This document shows positions 59,482 through 64,000 of a stretch of DNA of 64,000 bases, in pieces; position 1 is the first letter of the stretch; each line of letters begins with the position of its first letter. Source of the DNA: Calditrichaceae bacterium (GTDB lineage Bacteria; Calditrichota; Calditrichia; Calditrichales; JBFXGD01); contig JBFXLE010000002.1 of the NCBI GenBank assembly GCA_050173015.1, forward strand, positions 32,001-96,000, given 5' to 3'. Under the pieces are notes generated by a model, which did no database searches, was not told the DNA's origin, and was given only the letters and a program-made list of their open reading frames with translations. The position numbers and the translations under genes were made by a program.

Positions 59482-61811
59482 TGGAAATTAAAAAAAACTG
59501 GGATCTGTTTATCCAAAACCTGGATAAATACAAGGTTGGCGGGTCACCCGCAAGGGATATATTGATTAAATTGAGCTATTTTTTGGTTTTACTCTTTGTG
59601 ATACCGCTGCTCTTTTCGACGGAGAAATCCTTTAAGTACACGGACATGAAGGTTGGAAGCATTGCTACCAAAAAAGTGGTCGCGCCCTATAATTTCTTTG
59701 TGCTTAAAACAAAAGATGAATTAAAAGAAGAGCGCAAATCCGCGATAGAAGTAGTCCCGTATTATTTCGTTTATAATGATTCTATTACAACCAAAGTTAA
59801 ATATGTGACGGATAATTTAATTCCCTTTCTTCAGAGAAAAAAACCGAATGGAAACATAGAAAACCTGGTAAACCTGCAAGAGAGTGAGAATCCGTTGATT
59901 CAAATTCAGACAGGGGTTAAAAGACAATTTAATATTAATATCACCACTACCAACCTGATGGTATTGTATGATATCCTGAATAATGCCGCCAATAAATATG
60001 AATTTCAGGGAATTTTAAAAAACGCCACGGGGGACATCAAAGCAGGCATAATTAATATAAATTTAAAAGATGTCACCCGGCCAAATATCGTCGTACTGAA
60101 AAATGGGGTAGAAGAATCACTTCCGGAAAACTCCCGCACCGACATGTTGACTTTTAAGCAGGAATTAGAGCTTATTGCTCAAAAAAAATTCGATCCGAAT
60201 CAGGCAACAGTTATAAATTACCTGCTCAATCAGATTATTCAGCCTAACCTTATCTACGATGACGCGCTGACAAAAAGAGCGGAAAACGAGGCGTTTAACA
60301 GTGTTTCACTCACTAAAGATATGGTGTATGAAAACGAACGCATTGTAGACGCGAATGAAAGAATAAACGCTGAAATTTATCAAAAGCTCTATTCTCTAGA
60401 AGTATCCGAAGTCGAGCGCAGTAATCAGGAAGGAAACTGGCAGATACTATTTGCCTTTCTCGGAAAACTGATGTTGTTGGGAGCGGTGTTATTTATTGTC
60501 GGGCTATATTTATTTTCATATCGGAAAAAGATTTTCGCTGATAATAAAAAATTACTGATGATCAGTATGATCATATTAATTCAAATGGTTCTCGCCGCCA
60601 TTATTTCAGGACCGCTAAACTGGCCGGCCTATTTGATCCCAACTACCATTTCGTCAATGCTGCTCGCTATTCTGATTGATTCGGGGATCGGTTTTGTGGG
60701 AACGGTAGCTGTGGCGCTCATTCTCGGGGGTATTCAGGGCGGAGGGTACGATATTGTTCTTATTACGATCGTCAGCGGTATGATTGGTATCTATTCTGTG
60801 CATCATATCCGGAACAGGAATCAGATATTTAACGCAATTTCGTTTATAACGCTCGCCTATCTCTGGGTTATCATTGCTCTGAGCGCGCTCCGATTTGATT
60901 CATTTGCGGAAATTATTAAAATATTCGGATATAATTTTTTACCCAATGCCATATTTTCACCGTTCATCGCCTTCATGCTTCTTGGGCTTTTCGAACGTAT
61001 GTTTGATATAACCACCGATGTCACATTACTTGAGTTATCGGATCTAAATCATCCGCTATTGAAGAAACTTTCGATGCAGGCTCCGGGTACCTTTCATCAT
61101 AGCATGGTCGTTGGAAACCTGGCTGAATCTGCGGCAAAAGCCATCGGTGCAAATTCTTTGCTAGCAAGAGTCGGCAGCTATTATCATGATATCGGCAAGA
61201 TGGAAAAACCTGAGTATTTTGTCGAAAACCAGATGGACGCGGAGAACAGACATTCAAAATTATCACCAAATATGAGCGCCCTTATCCTTGCCTCACATGT
61301 TAAAAACGGCATCGATATGGCAAAAAAATATAATATTCCAAAGCTCATAAGGGATTTTATCCCTGAGCACCATGGCACCAATATTATGACATATTTTTAC
61401 CAGAAGGCTCTCGATTCAGCAAGTGACAAAGATGAGATTTACGCGTCCGATTTCAAATATCCCGGACCAAAGCCTCAGTCAAAGGAGACTGCGATTGTCA
61501 TGATCGCTGATGCCGTTGAAGCGGCCACAAGAACTATCCGCAACCCGACTCCTTCAAAATTCAGGTCATTTATTGAGACACTCGCTGATCAGCGTTTTCA
61601 GGACGGAGAATTAGATGAAAGCAGTTTGACATTCAAAGAACTGAAAATGATAATTGACGCGTTTATGCCGGTACTATCAGGGGTTTTTCAACACAGGGTC
61701 GATTATCCTGAGTCAGATAAAACGAAAGGTTCAGGAAAATCAAATAATCAAAAAGAAGAAAAAGAAAAAGTCGCTAAAAATGGAAATTCAAATACACCAG
61801 CTCAATCCTGA
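59481..61811 (+). CDS. pgpH: 7TM-HD phosphodiesterase (PgpH-like, c-di-AMP)
   Basis: Extracytoplasmic domain + 7 TM; LLELSDLNHPLL, APGTFHHS, YYHDIGK, EHHGT, YPGPKPQSKE, IADAVEAA. Confidence 0.9.
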   Translation: MEIKKNWDLFIQNLDKYKVGGSPARDILIKLSYFLVLLFVIPLLFSTEKSFKYTDMKVGSIATKKVVAPYNFFVLKTKDELKEERKSAIEVVPYYFVYNDSITTKVKYVTDNLIPFLQRKKPNGNIENLVNLQESENPLIQIQTGVKRQFNINITTTNLMVLYDILNNAANKYEFQGILKNATGDIKAGIININLKDVTRPNIVVLKNGVEESLPENSRTDMLTFKQELELIAQKKFDPNQATVINYLLNQIIQPNLIYDDALTKRAENEAFNSVSLTKDMVYENERIVDANERINAEIYQKLYSLEVSEVERSNQEGNWQILFAFLGKLMLLGAVLFIVGLYLFSYRKKIFADNKKLLMISMIILIQMVLAAIISGPLNWPAYLIPTTISSMLLAILIDSGIGFVGTVAVALILGGIQGGGYDIVLITIVSGMIGIYSVHHIRNRNQIFNAISFITLAYLWVIIALSALRFDSFAEIIKIFGYNFLPNAIFSPFIAFMLLGLFERMFDITTDVTLLELSDLNHPLLKKLSMQAPGTFHHSMVVGNLAESAAKAIGANSLLARVGSYYHDIGKMEKPEYFVENQMDAENRHSKLSPNMSALILASHVKNGIDMAKKYNIPKLIRDFIPEHHGTNIMTYFYQKALDSASDKDEIYASDFKYPGPKPQSKETAIVMIADAVEAATRTIRNPTPSKFRSFIETLADQRFQDGELDESSLTFKELKMIIDAFMPVLSGVFQHRVDYPESDKTKGSGKSNNQKEEKEKVAKNGNSNTPAQS

Positions 61812-62214
61812 AATAAAAGTTACCGAAGAGCAATTATTGAAAGTATGCGAAGTCGTTTGCGCAGAATTGGCGCTTTCGGATGGAAGCTGCGATTTTATTT
61901 TTGTTGATGATACAACTCTGTCCAAAATGCACGACACTTTTCTTAATGACCCGGAGCCAACGGATGTGATCACCTTTAACCTTAGTGATGATGAGATTGA
62001 GGGGGAGGTCTATATCAGCTATGAAAGGGCAATCGAACACGCTGGTATATACTCAGTTAGCCCGGAGGAAGAAATTGTCCGTCTTATGATTCATGGTCTT
62101 CTTCATCTAAAGGGTTATGATGACCGGAGCGAAGATGATCAATCTGAGATGAAAAGAGTAGAAAATCATTTGATCGGGATCGCTAAAACACAGGTATTGC
62201 CCGGTATTCTATAG
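61780..62214 (+). CDS. ybeY: rRNA maturation RNase YbeY
   Basis: PTDVITF, GEVYIS, HGLLHLKGYD; start reassigned to ATG 61780. Confidence 0.92.
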   Translation: MEIQIHQLNPEIKVTEEQLLKVCEVVCAELALSDGSCDFIFVDDTTLSKMHDTFLNDPEPTDVITFNLSDDEIEGEVYISYERAIEHAGIYSVSPEEEIVRLMIHGLLHLKGYDDRSEDDQSEMKRVENHLIGIAKTQVLPGIL

Positions 62215-62357
62215 AAAAGCATATTTTTTTGTATTTTAGACAAAATACATATAAATTTTGGCAAGGATTTTTAAGAACTCCGGCATTCGGCCGGTGGGAC
62301 TTAATAAATTTATTTTATATTACAAGGTTGAACTTACAAAGGAGGAAATAACTGGTT

Positions 62358-63656
62358 TTGGACCCGTCATCGTCGTTTTATATACTTGTTTTTTTATTGT
62401 TATTGGTGATGTCAGCATTCTTTTCAGGCTCAGAAACTGCTTATTTTTCACTTACAAAATCCACAATAGCAAAACTATCCCATAGTAAACATGCCATGTC
62501 AAGGCAGGTTTCACAATTATTGAAAGAGCCCAAAAAACTATTGATAGCAATTATCATCGGAAATACAGTTGTAAACGTAGCTACCGCGTCTCTCGCGGCA
62601 ATTCTTGCTACCGGGTTAATTGCAAAGTATAGTCTGAATAAGATGCTGGTCCTAATGATCAATGTCTTTTTGGTCACCATTGTCATCTTATTTTTTAGTG
62701 AAATTCTACCAAAAGTGACGGCCATAAAGAGCAGCAAAAAAATTGCGATTAAGTTCGCTTATCCTCTGACCTTCTTCTACTATCTTTTTTATCCTGTTAC
62801 TATATTGTTTGATTTTCTGACACACGGATTATCAAGATTTTTATCAATCGATAAAGATAAATTCAGCCTGACGGAAGATGAACTTCGGACTCTGGTTGAT
62901 GTCGGCGCGGAAAAAGGTGCGCTGCAAAAAGATGAAAAAGAAATGATTCATAGTATTTTTGAAATGGGTGATACCATTGTCCGGGAAATTATGGTACCCC
63001 GAATGGATATGATCTGTCTTGAAAAAGGGGCAAGTCTTTTCCAGGTGCTTAAAGTGGTCAAGGATAAATTGCATAGCCGGATTCCCATTTACTCGGATAC
63101 GGTAGATAATATTGTTGGAATTTTGTTTGTAAAAGATCTTTTGCCGCTGATTAAAAGAAAAACTATTGACGATTTTGATCTGGCTAAACTGGCTCACCCG
63201 CCTTATTATGTTCCGGAACAGAAAAAGATCAATGAGCTGCTCAGAGAATTTCAGGCCGAAAAAATACACATGGCCCTGGTGGTCGATGAGTATGGCGGAA
63301 CCTCCGGTTTGGTAACTCTTGAAGATGTCATCGAGGAAATCGTCGGTGAAATACAGGATGAATATGACCGCGAAAAACCGCTATACAATGTAATAAATGA
63401 TAATACCTTCGTTGTCAATGGAAGTATGCAGCTGGAAGAAATTAATGATGTTCTTGATCTTGATCTTCCAACTGAAGAAGACTTCGAGACCCTCGCCGGA
63501 TTCTTACTCAGTCAGTTTGGATCTGTTCCTAAGGTTAAGGAGAAAACAAGCTGGAACGGATACGAATTTACGGTTGAAAAAGTTTATAGAAGAAGAATAG
63601 AACTGGTAAAAATTATAAAAAAAATAGAAGAGGTCAAGCAAATTAATAAACCATGA
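62358..63656 (+). CDS. Hemolysin-family CNNM/CorC protein (DUF21-CBS-CorC; GldE-like)
   Basis: SAFFSGSETA, EILPK, REIMVPR, HSRIP, VVDEYGGTSGLVTLEDVIEEIVGEI. Confidence 0.92.
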   Translation: MDPSSSFYILVFLLLLVMSAFFSGSETAYFSLTKSTIAKLSHSKHAMSRQVSQLLKEPKKLLIAIIIGNTVVNVATASLAAILATGLIAKYSLNKMLVLMINVFLVTIVILFFSEILPKVTAIKSSKKIAIKFAYPLTFFYYLFYPVTILFDFLTHGLSRFLSIDKDKFSLTEDELRTLVDVGAEKGALQKDEKEMIHSIFEMGDTIVREIMVPRMDMICLEKGASLFQVLKVVKDKLHSRIPIYSDTVDNIVGILFVKDLLPLIKRKTIDDFDLAKLAHPPYYVPEQKKINELLREFQAEKIHMALVVDEYGGTSGLVTLEDVIEEIVGEIQDEYDREKPLYNVINDNTFVVNGSMQLEEINDVLDLDLPTEEDFETLAGFLLSQFGSVPKVKEKTSWNGYEFTVEKVYRRRIELVKIIKKIEEVKQINKP

Positions 63657-63720
63657 CACTTCTGAACTGATTAACCTCTGATTCCCTTTAAGAATCTGAC
63701 TTCAAGGAAAAATATAACCG

Positions 63721-64000
63721 ATGCGCGACACCGGAATAATCGAATTACAGAAAATCCCTTCTGTGAACTGGTTTCTTGAGAAACTTTCCGGATCCTATCC
63801 CGGTGTTGATACTCAATACATCAAGAGAATCATCCAGATGCACCTGGATGATATCAGATCCCGGCCTAACCACTACAAGATTTCGAAAAAAAGCCGTGAA
63901 AATCTTCAGGATGACATCATCATCGCTATAACCGCGGAGATTCAGGCACTACTAAGAGGATCGTTAATGCCGGTGATAAACGCGACCGGTGTTGTCTTGC
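63721..64000 (+). CDS. selA: L-seryl-tRNA(Sec) selenium transferase, 3' truncated (absent from the ORF track)
   Basis: Manual translation MRDTGIIELQKIPSVNWFLE...LRGSLMPVINATGVVL; open to the window end; VINATGVVL is the SelA N-terminal signature. Confidence 0.85.
   Translation, partial: MRDTGIIELQKIPSVNWFLEKLSGSYPGVDTQYIKRIIQMHLDDIRSRPNHYKISKKSRENLQDDIIIAITAEIQALLRGSLMPVINATGVVL

Noticed and set aside
1-64000. CRISPR arrays, tRNA/rRNA, IS elements, integrases, prophage or known defence genes
   Set aside because: No repeat-spacer periodicity, cloverleaf-like segments or transposase/integrase motifs seen by eye; intergenic gaps are all short

Overview
Gene-dense, AT-rich bacterial chromosome segment from a diderm. 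Gene content (DivIVA with LPS genes, PD40-Omp85, IleRS2, PgpH) suggests an FCB-group/Calditrichota-like lineage; this is inference only. Most of the window is housekeeping: kdsC/kdsD-lptCAB, rpsU-yqeY-cvpA-mutS2-polA, dnaG, divIVA-pnp-ileS-dksA-lspA-rluD, rfbB, two FBP aldolases, panD-clc-acd-pgpH-ybeY-corC and the 5' end of selA. No rRNA, tRNA, CRISPR array or mobile element was seen. Five things stand out. (1) A complete single-operon type IVa (MSHA-like) pilus, whose PilB/MshE motor has a degenerate c-di-GMP motif and an intact C-terminal receiver domain. (2) Two 'DHp-only' His-box proteins with no HATPase domain, which may act as phosphotransferases. (3) Two CRP/FNR-type boxes centred at exactly -41.5 from good -10 elements, plus sigma28-like promoters shared by the kinase and pilus loci; together these suggest a cAMP/phosphorelay pilus-control circuit. 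(4) A single-chain HicB-HicA fusion whose toxin active site is degenerate. (5) A gluzincin-PD40-Omp85 gene with BamB-like and PEGA partners. All family calls come from motif recognition by eye, without database searches.
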